Shown here: one piece after another, positions 25,701 to 39,038 of the stretch
Position numbering within the stretch: the first letter of the stretch is position 1
Layout of the letters: each line of letters begins with the position of its first letter
DNA from: Podarcis liolepis
Taxonomy: Eukaryota
Direction: 5' to 3' (one strand)
NCBI GenBank assembly: GCA_965112155.1
Contig: OZ218100.1
Length of the DNA: 64,000 bases
The notes under the pieces: generated by a model
Seen by the model: the letters and a program-made list of their open reading frames with translations, nothing else
What the model was told of the DNA's origin: nothing
Databases searched by the model: none
Program-made: the position numbers and the translations under genes

Positions 25701-27137
25701 CCAGCAGCTATGGAGGAAATCATTTTACTGCTGCTTTGATGCCATTTTATATTATGGTATTTGGGATAATGTTGGTAGTGAGTGGTCTGTTCCTCCACCA
25801 CCATATCCCTACCACCACATCTGCTTAATTCAAAATATAGATTATGCTCCATCCTGAAACTACCTGGCACTTCTTATAAAAAAAGAAGAAAGCGTTTTGA
25901 ATTCCAAACAAACACCACTGATAGAAAATTAGGCAATAGTAAACCTTAATTGGGACTCCGTGAGTTAGTCTAGAGAAATTAATTAAAAATAATAGTCCAA
26001 TGTTCTTAAATGCTAGGATTCTCCCTAGACATCTAAAAGGGCACCTGAGTGAGGACTGTGTAGATGCTAGCAGTGCTAGAGGCACTAATTGATAATGTGC
26101 TTTATTAAAAATATATATGAAATTTTGCATGCTCTTTTATTTGAAGTGGGCAAAGTAAATCTGAAACGTAATTGAATTTTGCAACCATTGGTTAGTAAGC
26201 CTACTTCTGAGATCTTTTGAGCTTTCACCAATATTGCACTAGGGGTTCTTTTAGCGTACTCAGTTTCTTAGTTGCCCCACACTGGCAAATTGCTGTTTCA
26301 GTATATTTAACAAGCTCTTATAATTTACCTGAATAGATTTTATTCTGTCTGCTAGAGTATTTCATTTCTTTTAATGAAGTAAGTAAAATTAGTTGTTTCT
26401 GTTCATTAGTAGTCTAGGTAGAAACATGTGTTCCTGATATCCTCAAGGAGAAATTGGAGAAAATCAGAATAGGTAAACGACCCTTGTATTTTAGCAAACA
26501 AAACAATGATTCAAAGGTGTGTGTTTACTCTCTTGTTTGGTTGGCCATGTCCCCTCTAGGCATCTCTCATGAACAAGCCCTGTTGAGTTTACCCATTTCT
26601 AAGGTATTTTTGTCACTTGGGCTTATTGGGCATCCAAAATTTATTTTGGTTTCCCAGTATTTATAAACCAGCAGAGATAAGAGACCAGTTATTTTTCATA
26701 AGAAAGGTAAGAGACACATTTAGAGGAGTTCATAAATTTACCTGGACTTGTAGTAGCCAGGAGCCTTCTATTTCACTGCTGTCCTATGTGCTTCATTAGG
26801 AAAAGACCTATTAATACTCTGAGACTTTCTGAGGAAAGAATTTGGTTCATACAACAAAATGGACTTGTCTTGAATGGGAAAAGATTGTGTGCTGTGCTAC
26901 AAACATTTGCTTTCCTTTACTACAATTTTTGCTGTTACTTATGAAATAGCTAGCCTTTATTAAAAGTATCTGTTTACAAAATTATACAACTTGCCCGTAG
27001 AAAGCAAGATGTTTCTGCTTGGAATAGCGCATACTGGGAGATGCTTATAAGTAGGTTATTTTCCTAATAATGCTGTATCTTAATAGTTGTCATATAAATG
27101 TTCCATGCAGTATCTCATCTTGCGGGGTGTGCTGTGT

Positions 27138-27332
27138 GGTAAAGGTAGAGGACCCCCGGATGGTTAAGTCCAGTCAAAGTCAACTGTGGGGTTACGGCGC
27201 ATCTCGCTTTCAGGCCGAGGGGGCCGGCGTTTGTCCACAAACAGCTTTCTGGGTCAAGTGGCCAGCTTGACTAAACCGCTTCTGGCGCAATCAAACACCG
27301 TGAAGGAAGCCAGAGCACACGGAAACCCTGTT
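27138..27332 (-). mobile_element. Sauria SINE, 5'-truncated
   Basis: ggtaaaggta is the (ACCTTT)n tail on the minus strand. Body ggacccc...gtccagtc...catctcgcttt...ggccgaggg.gccggcgt...gtggccagc.tgactaa.ccgcttctggcg...cacggaaac matches the remembered Sauria SINE. Confidence 0.85.
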
Positions 27333-29191
27333 CTGTAAAATTAACAGAATATAGAGCAGTTGTAAGGAAAATGGGATTGTTAAGGCTGACTCCTTGCTGT
27401 AGGATGAAGCAGAAAGAAGTGTAATGAAATGCTTCTTCATTTCATTGCATAATTTGTATCTTTCATGTTAAAATTCCTAAAAGGAATAACAAACTGGAAT
27501 AAATTAATTTTGTGCTGGGGCATGTGTTTTAAAAGAAATAGTATCAGGTCCTCATTTGGTTCTTCCCTTGTTCTACCTTAAGCTGTTCCTGTTGAGCTTA
27601 ATATAGTATAAAACAGCATTTTATTGAATTTAAGATCTTGCAGATTCTGAAGAGCAGGCTGTTTTGTTATCAACTTGGGCTTAATAAGCTCTAGTTAAAG
27701 GCATCATTTCATAATTTATTGCCAATTCTTAGGATATAGGAGTGAAATAAAATTGAAGCATAGCTTGTGTTAACAGAAGAAACCAAAGGCAATCCTTAAA
27801 GTACACATGTGGAAATCAAGCTAAGAATAATTGACACTGGTATAAATCTGCATAGCAAATGTAAAGGATTTCACTGGGCTTAAAATGAGACAACGTATTT
27901 CCAGGCTTCATGTGATTTTCCTTGTTGATGTTTCTTACTTCCTCATTGAATATGGCTATAATGTAATATAAAACTCAGAAATGAACTACTGGTTAAGTAG
28001 CCCATGATCCAGAGGAATACTTTGTGTACCTTCATTTTTCTAGGTTTTTTTCTTTCCAGGACTTGCCTTTACAGAATTTACCAAAGTTTTCTCTTAATTT
28101 CAAATGCAAACCATTTTCAGCTTTTGTTAGGGACTTAAACCTGAAATTTTGAAAATAAATGGAGTGCATTAGAATTGGTCCAGTATCAGCACAGATGAAG
28201 CTGAACATATCATGATGGGTTTTAAAAACATGCATAGTTACAGATCTAAGTTGTTTCCTGGTTGATATCACAAATAGACAAGTTTGCAAAATCCTTTATT
28301 GGCATTGAATAAATGCTGTGGTGATAGTCATGCACAAGAGGATAAAATTATGCAATATTTACATTGGCCAGCTGCTTTTTCTAAATAAGGATAATAAGGC
28401 TTTAGCTGCCATGCCAATCAGACACCTTAGAAAGAGGTGATGGCTTGGTGGAAGTCACCGATCAGTTGATCACATAGTGTTAGTAGGTAGGAAGAACTGA
28501 TATTGATGTTTTGTCTTATAAAGAGAGCCTTTGCAAAAAATGATGGTTATTTGTTACATACCTTGGTTAAATTCAGTATTCATTTGCAGTTCACAAACTG
28601 TATTCGCATGACACTGTAATCTGAGAACCAAGTTAGTTAACGACCTAGCCTCGTTTTAGGAGGCAACAAGTAATTTTGCCTAGTTTCCTCATTAATTGCA
28701 TTGTGCATAGAAACTCTCACAACTAATGTCAACTAGACAGGATGTTTGTCACATAATTTGCCTTTACCTGGTTTCTTCTTTAATTAACTGCTGGTGGGAG
28801 AAGCCACATAAGAATTGTGGCACGGCAAGGGAGGTAGCCCTTTTCTCTGGAACAAATTTTTCAGGGGCTTTGGATGTGTGTGTGGAGGAAATCAGCATAA
28901 ATTTCTGTTAGTAGCTCCAGTCCACTGGAGCCAAAGCACTAGTTGGATTGTGCACTAAATGTGTATCTTGCCATTCCACTGGAACAGCACTCAGTGATTA
29001 TACCAAGTTCAGTAATAATGTATTGGTGCAATGAAGGTAAGTTTAATATCTTAGGGCTTAGACTAATAGGATTAAATCACAGTTTATAGGGATGATTATA
29101 TTGTAAAATACAACATATTGTATGTGCCCCATTGGACAGAAACATGTTTTGTAGTCAATAATCCCATCTCCCCAATTTTGTGTCCTGTTAG

Positions 29192-29371
29192 ATTTTCAAA
29201 AGAAGCAACCAGATGATGAGTCCACTCCCAGCACAAGCAACAGCCAATCAGATTTGTTCTCTGGAGAAACAAATAGTGACAACAGTAATACCTCCCTATC
29301 TACGCAGACTGTTAACTCCAACCAGCAACTTTCGACAGAACTGAATGTAACTTCACCGAGTAAAGAAAAAT
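29192..29371 (+). CDS. ZFAND3: ZFAND3 internal coding exon (human exon 3 equivalent), 180 nt
   Basis: Acceptor tgtcctgttAG|attttc and donor AAAAAT|gtaagt. Translates (D)FQKKQPDDESTPSTSNSQSDLFSGETNSDNSNTSLSTQTVNSNQQLSTELNVTSPSKEK(C), matching remembered human ZFAND3 DFQKKQPDDDSAPSTSNSQSDLFSEET...TELNVTSPSKEEC. Confidence 0.96.
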
Positions 29372-32300
29372 GTAAGTGTAAGGAGAGCGAAGTAGGCTCT
29401 GCTCTTTTCTAGCATCTGTAGTTTTCAGCCTTTAAGAAGAATGTAGTGATTTCTTTGGGAAACTGTAGAAAACTGCATGAGAATGATAGTTGTGTGACAG
29501 TTGTAGGAAGAACAAGGGAAGGAAAGCATTTTCTATCTTGACTGAATAGAGCTCAGTTTGCATAGCTTTATCATTTTCGAAACACTAATTACTACATTTG
29601 TCAACCTATAGCTTAACTGTTGGCCTGTGCTGTGGAAACTAGAGCCCATATTACCGCAATAATTGTGATGTTAAGTATGCAACATGTTAAGTATGCAACA
29701 TAGGGTGTCATCCAATTGTTAGGGGATCTCACACATGGTGACTTGTGTAGAATAAGCATAAATACTTCCTGAAACATTTGGGTATTACAGGCATACATCT
29801 TGCTGATTCTTTTATCTTAGTCTGACAACTTCTTTTAAAAGTAAAGTATTGTTCAGTAGTTTGAATTCAGATGCCATCAGTGCTATTTCATGGAAGTTTC
29901 TGACAAAAGTTGAAATTTCATTGTGTGCTTCTTTGCAAATCTCTCTCCTCTGAAATACAAAGCCTTATGTATAGATATATATCTATATGTTGGGGAAAGG
30001 GATGTAGATCTAGTTATTTATTTGGAATAAGTGCTAGGAAGCTTTGTACTTTCTCACCATTTTCTTTGGGACAATGTGATAAAGTGCTCTCTTTCAGCCA
30101 CTTCTTCATTTGGAATGAAAAGGATTTTTCTCTAGACAGTAATTTTGATAAGTCACTTATTGTTTTTCAGTGGTGCTAAATACGTTGTTGGATTAATCTT
30201 GTTCATTGCATTTATATTCTGCTTTGCAAATAAAACTCAAGGAATGGGAACAGGAGATAAAATCATCTTACAACTTAGAATTGGAACCTCTTAAATACTG
30301 TAGGGAGTTTTATAAAAACAAGCTTTTAGTCTATATCCACTTAGGAGCTCTGAAAAAGGCCAATTACTATTGTTGGTTGCAAACATGAATAAATTGTTCC
30401 AAGTAAAAATCTCAGAAGAGACAATTGCAGTCAAGAATACTATGTTCAAGTATGCTAAAACAACCATGAAAGAGAATTAAGTAGAAAGTAATAGTGTTTT
30501 ATGTGATAAGTCATGTGATAAGACCACTCCTAGACTGTACCAGTCGAGATTTCAGGTGGAGGACTGCACAGTTGAATGGCTGCCCATTTGGGAATGGGGG
30601 AATGTTACACACAGAAAACTAGCACAGTGGGAAGTAAAGCTAATATCAAACCCTTTACCAGAGAACTTTGGGGCTCAGGAGAGGATGTGGGTACAGTGTG
30701 CAGGTTTCTGTATAAGAGAATTCAGTTGTGCAATGTCCTACCTGCAGTCTGAAGAAGTACAGTCTAGGGACAGTTTTATCAAACACAACTATCATTTCTC
30801 ATCCCCCACAGATAACCTCTTGAATTAAGAATTATGTAAGCACAGTAAATGACCAATCTTCGGAATTTCATTTGAATCTTTGCATTTGTTTACTTATAAA
30901 TGCATTTCTATACTGCCAAACCATAAAATATCAGGGCAGTATACAACAACAACAAAAAATCATTTTAAACAGTACAAAGCTACAAAGGTCTGTCGGCATA
31001 AAAATAGTTTTCAGAAGATGCCAAAATGTCACAATGAGGGTGCCTCAATCACTGCAAAAGGTCTACTTGGTTAAAGTCCAGTAAACTGTCACATACTGCA
31101 CTGTTTACTTGCTTAATGATTTTTGCCTCCCCTGTCTGTCTGTATGTGTGTGTGTGTGTGCACAATGTGTCTGCCTTACTCGTTTATTTGCAATCTCACA
31201 GGTTGCCTCTATTCCATCCGTTCTTGCCTAGAAGCACCAGGAGGGTAATACAGAAAAAGTTCTAGATGCACTTTTCTCTGCAAATGCCCCCAAATACTGT
31301 TTCTTCAGTGGCTTAGCAGCTTCAGTCCATTATCTCTTGGGATTGTCCATTGTCTTCCTGAGCAGCTACTTCATTGGACCAGATTTGTCTTGCAATTTTT
31401 TTTTCTAGTTTGGCTGTAAAGATGTACGAAAGGGAGAACTTATTTCAAAAATATGCTCTTCTGTTCTAGGCTTCTGTACACTCACTAATGCATGCTCTGA
31501 GATGATAGATATTAGGCAGCACAGCCAGCAGCGCATTTGAAAATATTACCTATAAAAAATTCTTTATGACTTCCTGCTGGGATGGCTGTAAGTGAAACAG
31601 TGGTTAGATTTATTTACAGTTCTAGCTATCTCTCTTTTCCCCCCACAACCCCCAAACAGTAGTTCTCTAATGTAGCTCAGATTAGTGTCATTTATCAGAG
31701 CTAATTATACAGCAGATGGAGCTTTTCTGATTGATGATGGTCTCAGTGTGGAAGGTTCTTTCCCATAATGAAGAATGCCCAAACTTTAAATGTCTTTTTT
31801 GATTTTAATTTAAGGGTGGCTTTTTCATATTATTTATTTTGTTTTGTAAGGAGTTCTATAATACATACGCTGCTTTCATTATAGCAGTGTTTCTTAAATG
31901 ATTGATATTTTTTCAGTGCAGTGAGATGATGATGTACAGCTGCATACTTTTACTGAATAGATTTGCTTGTATTTCAGTAAACAAAAAACAGTGTGGGATA
32001 TCATTGAGTTAATCCTTACCAAATTGTGCATAGATCTTACTGCTTAGAAGTGGTGTTGTTAATAAAAACAATTCAGATGGCAGCCTTTTGTGATCTTTCT
32101 CCGTTCCAAACCAGCTCGACTTCAAGGTGCTAGCTGTGGTTAATTGCCCTACAGGCTAAGCACACTATAATTGTAGTAAGCCATTTTATTCATCATGTTG
32201 CAATAAAGATCTATCGTGTTAATAGTCTTGCTGAATGGGAAGAATTTTAAGCATTTTTATGAAGAGTCAGAATATTCTAGGAGGGGAAAAAATCGATAAT

Positions 32301-32647
32301 TATATTTTGTGGCAGTTGGGTCTGGCAGGATATTAATGTGATTGCATGCATTCCTGTAATTCTAGTCATTCTTCTTACAAGCTAATTTTTTTTCCTGGGC
32401 CTGCTTGTATACAAGCCCATTTATTTCCTACAAAATCCGTATCTGAAAAGATGCCTCAAAAGTGCAAGTAATTCTTAATTAGAGTTGCACCAGTTGCCAA
32501 CAGTATACTTTCTCAGAGGAGATGCTGCTTCCGACAGAGAAGGAAGTGGCCAAATATGAATTTTCCAAATGCCAGATTTAACCCTGACACATGACTTTCC
32601 TCCATGCCACATTCCTGACTAACCCTCTACCCACCCACCCCCAATGT

Positions 32648-33203
32648 TAAGAGAATACGGAAAGCTGACTGGATCAGGCCAAAAGCCCAGCTGAACTAGC
32701 ATCCTGGTATCACAGTGGCCATCCAGACCCCCATGAAAAACCCCCAAGTAGGACCTGAGCCAGGGGATGGTGCACCCCATTTTTCACTTGAGGTGAAACT
32801 GGATGTGCTGCCCGCTTCACTGCCCCACAGCCAGTAGAGAAGAGGTACTGGCATTGGCATCAATTTCCAGCAAGGTCTGAGAGCAGCAGGACACCACAAG
32901 CATCCCTCCTCAGGGGCTTCTGCCACCTGAGGCGGCTGCTTCATCCCACCTCATGGGTGGGCCGGGCCTAACCTGAGGACAACAGGACTTGCCTCCCCGC
33001 CCCCCCGGTTTCTAGAACTGGTATTCAGAAGCATACTGCCCCCAACCATGGAGGCAGAGGATAGCTATTGTGGCTGAGAGCCATGGACAGTTTTATCTTC
33101 CATGACTTTGTCTAATCCTGTTTTAAAGCCACTCAAGTTGGTGGCAATCAGTGTTTCCTGTGGGAATGATTTCCATAGTTCAGCTGTGCACACCATGAAG
33201 AAG
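32648..33203 (-). mobile_element. CR1 LINE 3' fragment, interrupted by a hAT insertion
   Basis: 3' UTR-like ctggatcaggccaaa.gccca...agcatcctg. Minus-strand ORF 33065..33322 contains LWKSFPQETLIATNLSGFKTGLDKVMED, typical of the CR1 ORF2 C-terminus. Confidence 0.85.
32761..32970. mobile_element. GC-rich hAT-like MITE nested in CR1
   Basis: 8-bp TSD acctgagc (32753-32760) / acctgagg (32971-32978); degenerate TIR caggggatgg...ccgggccta; CR1 sequence resumes after it. Confidence 0.7.
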
Positions 33204-33249
33204 GACCGGATCCCTCCAGTGAGCTCAATGTGGCATATATGGCCCTCCC

Positions 33250-33397
33250 CCTCCTCATTTAATCCCCAGGACAACCCTGTTAAATAGTTCAGACTGAGAG
33301 ACAGTGACTGGCCCAAGGTCACCCAGAGAGCTTCATGGCTGAATGGGGATTTGAACCCAGATCTCCCAGGTCCTCGTTCAACACTTAAACCACTGCA
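33250..33397 (-). mobile_element. MIR/Ther1-type (Squam3-like) tRNA SINE
   Basis: gtgactggcccaaggtcacccag...ggggatttgaacccagatctccc (B-box GTTCAAATCC on the minus strand)...aaccact. Confidence 0.8.
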
Positions 33398-35964
33398 TGA
33401 CTAGCTCAATAGCATAAGAATACATTTAGGCTCTATTGCCTGTTGGTTGTTGTTTGGGCCTCCTAGTGTTTGTATTTATTAATTTATTTTTCTTTTTAAA
33501 TGGCCTATCCTTCTTTCCCAAAGGGAGCATCGTAGTAAGTTGTTCTCTTTAACAATGTGGATCATGAGGATAGGAAAGAGAGAGCCAAAACACATTTTTC
33601 TTTTAACCACTCCAGAACCCGCTTATTAGGGAAGTCTGTGTGTATTTTATTAAAGGTCATGCCATATACTTTAACAATTTCATTTAGTTTGAGCCCTTCA
33701 TCACCTTCTCTGGGGCTGTCACATTGTTTTCCTTTCCTCTGTGCAACTGTACCTCAAGCTGACATGGTGCAGGTTTAAGTGAAATCTGAATTGTAATATA
33801 ACATGAAAAATGTCCGTGTAGGAAATTTGACTTTGGCAGTTAGATCAGGTTGATATTTCAATAGCACTTCACTACACAGGACATGATGTCATTTTAATTT
33901 GTGCTTAACTTTTCCCAAGACCTTCCAAATTTCTATTCTTAAGCATGATTTAGAATGTTTTGAGGAACTGTCTAACATTATATCCCTGTAAAATGTTCAC
34001 AAGTCCTTTGTTAATGAAGTGTGCAGTTGGGCTTAGATGTATTCTCGTCTCTGCAAGTGGAATTAACTATGGATATTCCTCTTGCCCAGAATGTATCCAT
34101 GTGTTTGTGTGGCAACAGAACTGTATTCCCTAATCATTTTGGTTTCCGTCTTAATGCACATGGTCAAATACCTCGCTTTAAGCCATTGAATATTCATTGT
34201 TCTTTACAATATTAGCCCTTTAGCCCTTTAAAAATTCCTATTGCAAACATGTTTTCCGATGCTCAGGCTTTCTTCTGCACGATCAGAACCAAAGAACCAA
34301 AGAAATGAGAGGGAGCCTAAAGGAATATAAAGATATTGCACATCAGGATTGCTTTGGGGCACAGTCATATAGCATATAGTACTTCCAGAGAAATGAGTGG
34401 AAAAGTGGAGCTTTTTTGAGTTGCTTTTTGATGTTCTGAAAGGACCCCAAATAGTCTGAAATCCTTGACAGCCGTTCCAGGTATTCCTCTGTAGGCCTTG
34501 ACATAACTGCAAACAAATTTGAAGTGATTATCGGGGCCCATATAAGCCTTGCATTTGTTACAAGACATTGGTTTTGCATTCCATTGACCATAGAGCATTT
34601 TTTAATCAGGGACCCTATTTTAAGTAGGGAGTATTGTATTTATGTTACAAATGGGAATAGTAATGCAAAACGAATTGTGTTGACACAGATACCTTCATCT
34701 CAGTACCCTGCTTTAATGTATTCCCTACAGGAGACAAATGTATTCGGGAAATACAAGAAAGGTTGTAAGGTTTGGCAGGGAGAGATTGCATAAAAATGTG
34801 TACATAAAAATCTGAATGATTAAATCTTCATCCATTTAACTAATTTTAACAATACAAGTTGATTCTCTAGAAGTGGTTGAAGCTTGGACAGCTAAGTAGT
34901 TTCTGCACGTGACAGAATGTTACCCATACATGCAGAAGAAAAGCAATGTGTCTCTGAAGACTTCCATTTAAGATTTAGCTTCCTTCTAGTTTATATCTCT
35001 TATATGTTTGTGATTCTAATTCATGGCTCTTTTCAAACTTGATTATGTAGATAAATTAGGGATGTCTATTCCAATTACACACATTCGCGGCTAGATTCAG
35101 GGTTTAAGCAGGCTTCCCAAAACACCACTGTTGCTTATACTTTCTAGAGGTTCTTATAAGATTTGTTGCTGCCAACTCTCACAATGGGGATTCTTTTTAA
35201 GCTTGGCTACTCTTAAGTTCATGGAAAACCTTTTGGGTTCTGGTCTCTAAAGCCTCCAGCCAAAAGCATTTAAGTAATTCATAGCTTGTTAGGAAAGCAG
35301 TTTTTAGAATATTGTATTTTAGATATTCCAACATAACATTTCCTAGAGTGAAGATCTCTTAAGGGTGCTTAGAAACAGGAAGTCCTTGTGGGCAAGGCAA
35401 CTAGTATCATCTTGTTTCCATGATTGCTGCTCAGTCTTCCCAGCCCTGCTTATTCTGCCACTTCATTTAACTAGCAATAACTGGCTTGAGTATTGGCATA
35501 GTTGACATCTACCTTCTAGAATTCTAGCATATACTTGCTTGTCAAAGCACTATGCTTGCAGTTGAAAGCCAGGAATAGCTTGGAAAGTATACTGCGCGGC
35601 ACTGGGGGCACATATGTGCATACATTTGCAGTTATAAAGTTATGGAATATTCAGCAATGCTCTTTACACTGCAGTTAATGTTGATTTGAATTTAATTTTT
35701 GTTCTTCATTGTTGATAGAGTCCCCTAAAAGACCATCATTCTAAAGTTTCTACAGTGCCCAAGGATACTGGCTTTTCACATCATTAAGATTGGACTAATT
35801 GCCTCTCATAATAACGATGCGAAGTTTCTTACCATGAGGTTGAAACGAATATTACTCCATTCCAACTGGAAACTAATATCTGGAAAAGAGGAGGCATAAT
35901 CAAGGGACAAGAAAATGCCCAGGCGTGTAGATTGTTTTTGTGTTCTGTCTTTGTTTATAATATG

Positions 35965-35967
<3 letters not shown>

Positions 35968-36000
<33 letters not shown>
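35968..36000. repeat. (GT)n microsatellite
   Basis: About 16 units. Confidence 0.95.
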
Positions 36001-36003
<3 letters not shown>

Positions 36004-36147
36004 TGTATTGTCATGTATAGAGGAAGGATCATGTAGTTCGTAAAGAAAGCTTTTGGCTTGTACTGCATGTCATAAAATAAGAAAGCATACTACTGGTCAT
36101 AACAAACATGCAATGCATGCAAATATTTTTTCCTTGACATCTGAATC

Positions 36148-36510
36148 GAGTGAGGCTGTGCAGGCGCTGGACCAATGACTGGAGGCAGTGAGGCTGAACA
36201 AGATGGAGGTGCTGTGAATTGACTGTTTTCGTGTCCAGGAATTGGGTTGACGGTCTGTTCTGAATGGAGTTGCACTCCTCTTGAATGAGGAGGTTTGTTG
36301 CTTGGGGGTACTTCTTGATCCAGCATTCTCACTGAAGGCTGAAGTGGCACTGGTAGCATAGAGTGCCTATTTTCAGCTACAGCCATTCATGGACTATGAC
36401 AGCCTTGCCACAGTAATCCGTGCTCTGATAACATCCCAGTTAAATACCTGTAATGTGCTTTGTGTCGGGGGCTCCCTTAGCAGAAAGTTCAGAAGCTGCA
36501 ATTTGCACAA
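36148..36510 (+). mobile_element. Degraded L2 ORF2 fragment
   Basis: Decayed equivalents of LEAV, LGVLLD.LSL, AYFQL and HAL.TS.L..CN.L.VGLP...KLQ, which occur intact in the copy at 53808-54641. Confidence 0.75.
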
Positions 36511-36787
36511 AATACAACTTGCACAAGATAAATGAAAACCTGCCCTGGTCCCAGTATCCCATCAGTGTGAGCAGCTAACAATTCAGGAGTAGTTTGTCAT
36601 CATCCCACCTACTGAAGCTTAAAGCAACTAACTTGTAGTCCACAGCTGAAGCCTTCAGGACAACCATAGGGCAACTGAAAGGCAGCTCTTTGTCTGCCAA
36701 CAATGGATGTGGGGCTCAGATAATTTCACCAATTACCTTGTCTTCTAGCTCTCCTGTTCTGCCTTCTGTAGGTGTCAGTGCATCATA

Positions 36788-36830
36788 ACAACAACAATTT
36801 ATACCGCGCCCATCTGGCTGGGTTTCCCCA
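36788..36830 (-). mobile_element. L2 extreme 3' stub
   Basis: aatttataccgcgcccatctggctgggtttccccag matches 53730-53763. Confidence 0.75.
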
Positions 36831-38902
36831 GTGCATCTCCCATAGGAGAAATTCAGTCCACCTATCCAGCTTTCCTCCCATCATCTGCTCCTTCTCTTTC
36901 TTTCATCCCTTCTCCTCTCCAAAATATACAGAAGAACTGCCACTTGTTCATTGTCTGCTTGCTTGTTATTAGTGCAAAGAGCTAAGTAGCTGTAGGGACT
37001 AGGATTATATGGAGCTTCTGTTTCTTCTATGTTCTTGGAACAGCTGCTCTAGTAGTCATTGCTACTTTACTGACTTCTTCACTGGCTGATGGTTTTGAGA
37101 CACCTAGAGCACTTATATTTTATTTATTAATTCAGAGTTTCTCCAAAGTACAGCATAAAGCAATATTGGCCTGTCCTGCTCTTAGCTCCAGAGTCCTTTG
37201 TATGTATGAGAGGACTCAGAATTGGTAAGGTCAGTTGTTACTGGCATGCTACCATGACCAGCCCAAATTTGTAGACCTCTTTCATATGGCCTCAGTGAAC
37301 AAAAGAAGATGTAGGTATTGTTCTTCACTGTGCATCCTGTAACAACCAGAAGTCACAGAGAGAGGAGGGTGGTTGAAAGAACCAGGAGATGAATAGGATG
37401 GAAATCACAGTAGCTGCATCCTTTCTTAGTGCCTCAAAAGTATCTACAGGCAGTTTCTTGGTGGTTATTTAATCTCACCCACATTAATGTTTCAGAAGAA
37501 AGTAGATTGTCAAAGCGATTGTCAAAGACCATGAGTGATATCTAATTAAGACCCATTGAATCAGCTTAAGACCATTGATTACAGTGGGTTTCCTCTTGAG
37601 TATGGCAAACATTTGATGTTACCCATATGAATATACTATTTCCCCCCTTTTCTGACTGTGTAAACTTAACCCAGTCAGACACTCCCTTTTGCAAAGTTAT
37701 TTAGTAAATATTGCAGGAATTATATATTCTCAAGAAAGTATTGAAACTTGATGGAAGTAGTCAAATAGATTTGTTAATCTAGGGTCCCTTCCAGGCTGCT
37801 GAGAAAATTCTGGTGAAGTATTCCATATAGTGGCTTTAGTATTATTACAGACATGGGAAATAATGTATTGCACACATCTGCATACCGAGGGATGTTATAG
37901 CAAAAACTGTATTATGGAAACTTGCTAATGTGTGTACATATGCTTTACTTCTAATTTAGATACCCAAACTTTATCTGATTGTGAGATTTGGTATGTCAGT
38001 ATGTCTAATCCTGCAAAGGTAAAATCATCAAGGAGATTATGATGGGAGTGAAATTGACAAGGTATTTAATAAGGGATGATGCATTTCTAATTAGTCCACA
38101 GCGCCTGTAGTTGAAAATTAATTGTGGTGTTATGTAAATGTCATGTTAATTAAGAGAGAATATTGGAAGTACAATAAATCTTTAAAAAGTTACCCATTTT
38201 AGTTAATATTTATGCAGGCTTCCAAAAGAATGATAGCAAGATATCTCAACTTTTAGATGTCTGTTCAGCAACCTGATTTCTTAGTTGATATGGGCTTCCT
38301 TTTTTTAATTGCAAGCATTCCAAAATACAGTTGCCATTATAATATGCAAAAATTCTGCCTGTGCCGAGCCTTATAAAGGTTGGCAGTCATATGATTTATT
38401 CAGCTGGAAATCAACCTAGACTGATTCTAAAACAGTTTCCACAACTCACTGAGTGATATGGAAATGGGGCCTTAACATTGTGCATTCGTATCTACATCCA
38501 AATGTAATTGTTGAAGCCTTAACTAACACTTTAGGTTAGAACATGCCTTAATGTCATGTTGAATCTAGTGCCATGCTTCTCAAAATGTGAGGTGAGTGTG
38601 TTGGAGGTACCTGTCGTTGGTAGAAGAGGCTTGACTATCAGGCCATAAGCCTTTTTGTGTAGTTTGGTTAAGCCATTTAAGTATCTCTGTGCTATATTTT
38701 TATCAGTTTCTCCCTTTCTCTTCCAGTATTTGTCTGCCTTTTTCCAGGATTGACTTAAGCATGAATTTTGTTAAGTAGTTCGCCTTTCTCATCTTGTGTA
38801 CAGTTGTGAGATATCAGAACAGGTTTTTCTCTCTAGCATTGGGAGGCTTTAGTAGATACAAAGGTTGAAAACGACCAATCCGGTACCAATTAATGTGTAG
38901 TA

Positions 38903-39038
38903 CAGGCATAGGCAAACTTGGCCCTCCAGATGTTTTGGGACTACAGTTCCCATCATCCCTGACCACTGGTCCTGCTAGCTAGGGATCATGGGAGTTGTAG
39001 TCCCAAAACATCTGGAGGGCCAAGTTTGCCTGTGCCTG
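38903..39038. mobile_element. Palindromic hAT MITE family C, 136 bp
   Basis: Arms of ~58 bp (CAGGCATAGGCAAACTTGGCCCTCCAGATGTTTTGGGACTACA...) with ~4 mismatches; TSD gtgtagta/gcatagta. Confidence 0.92.
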
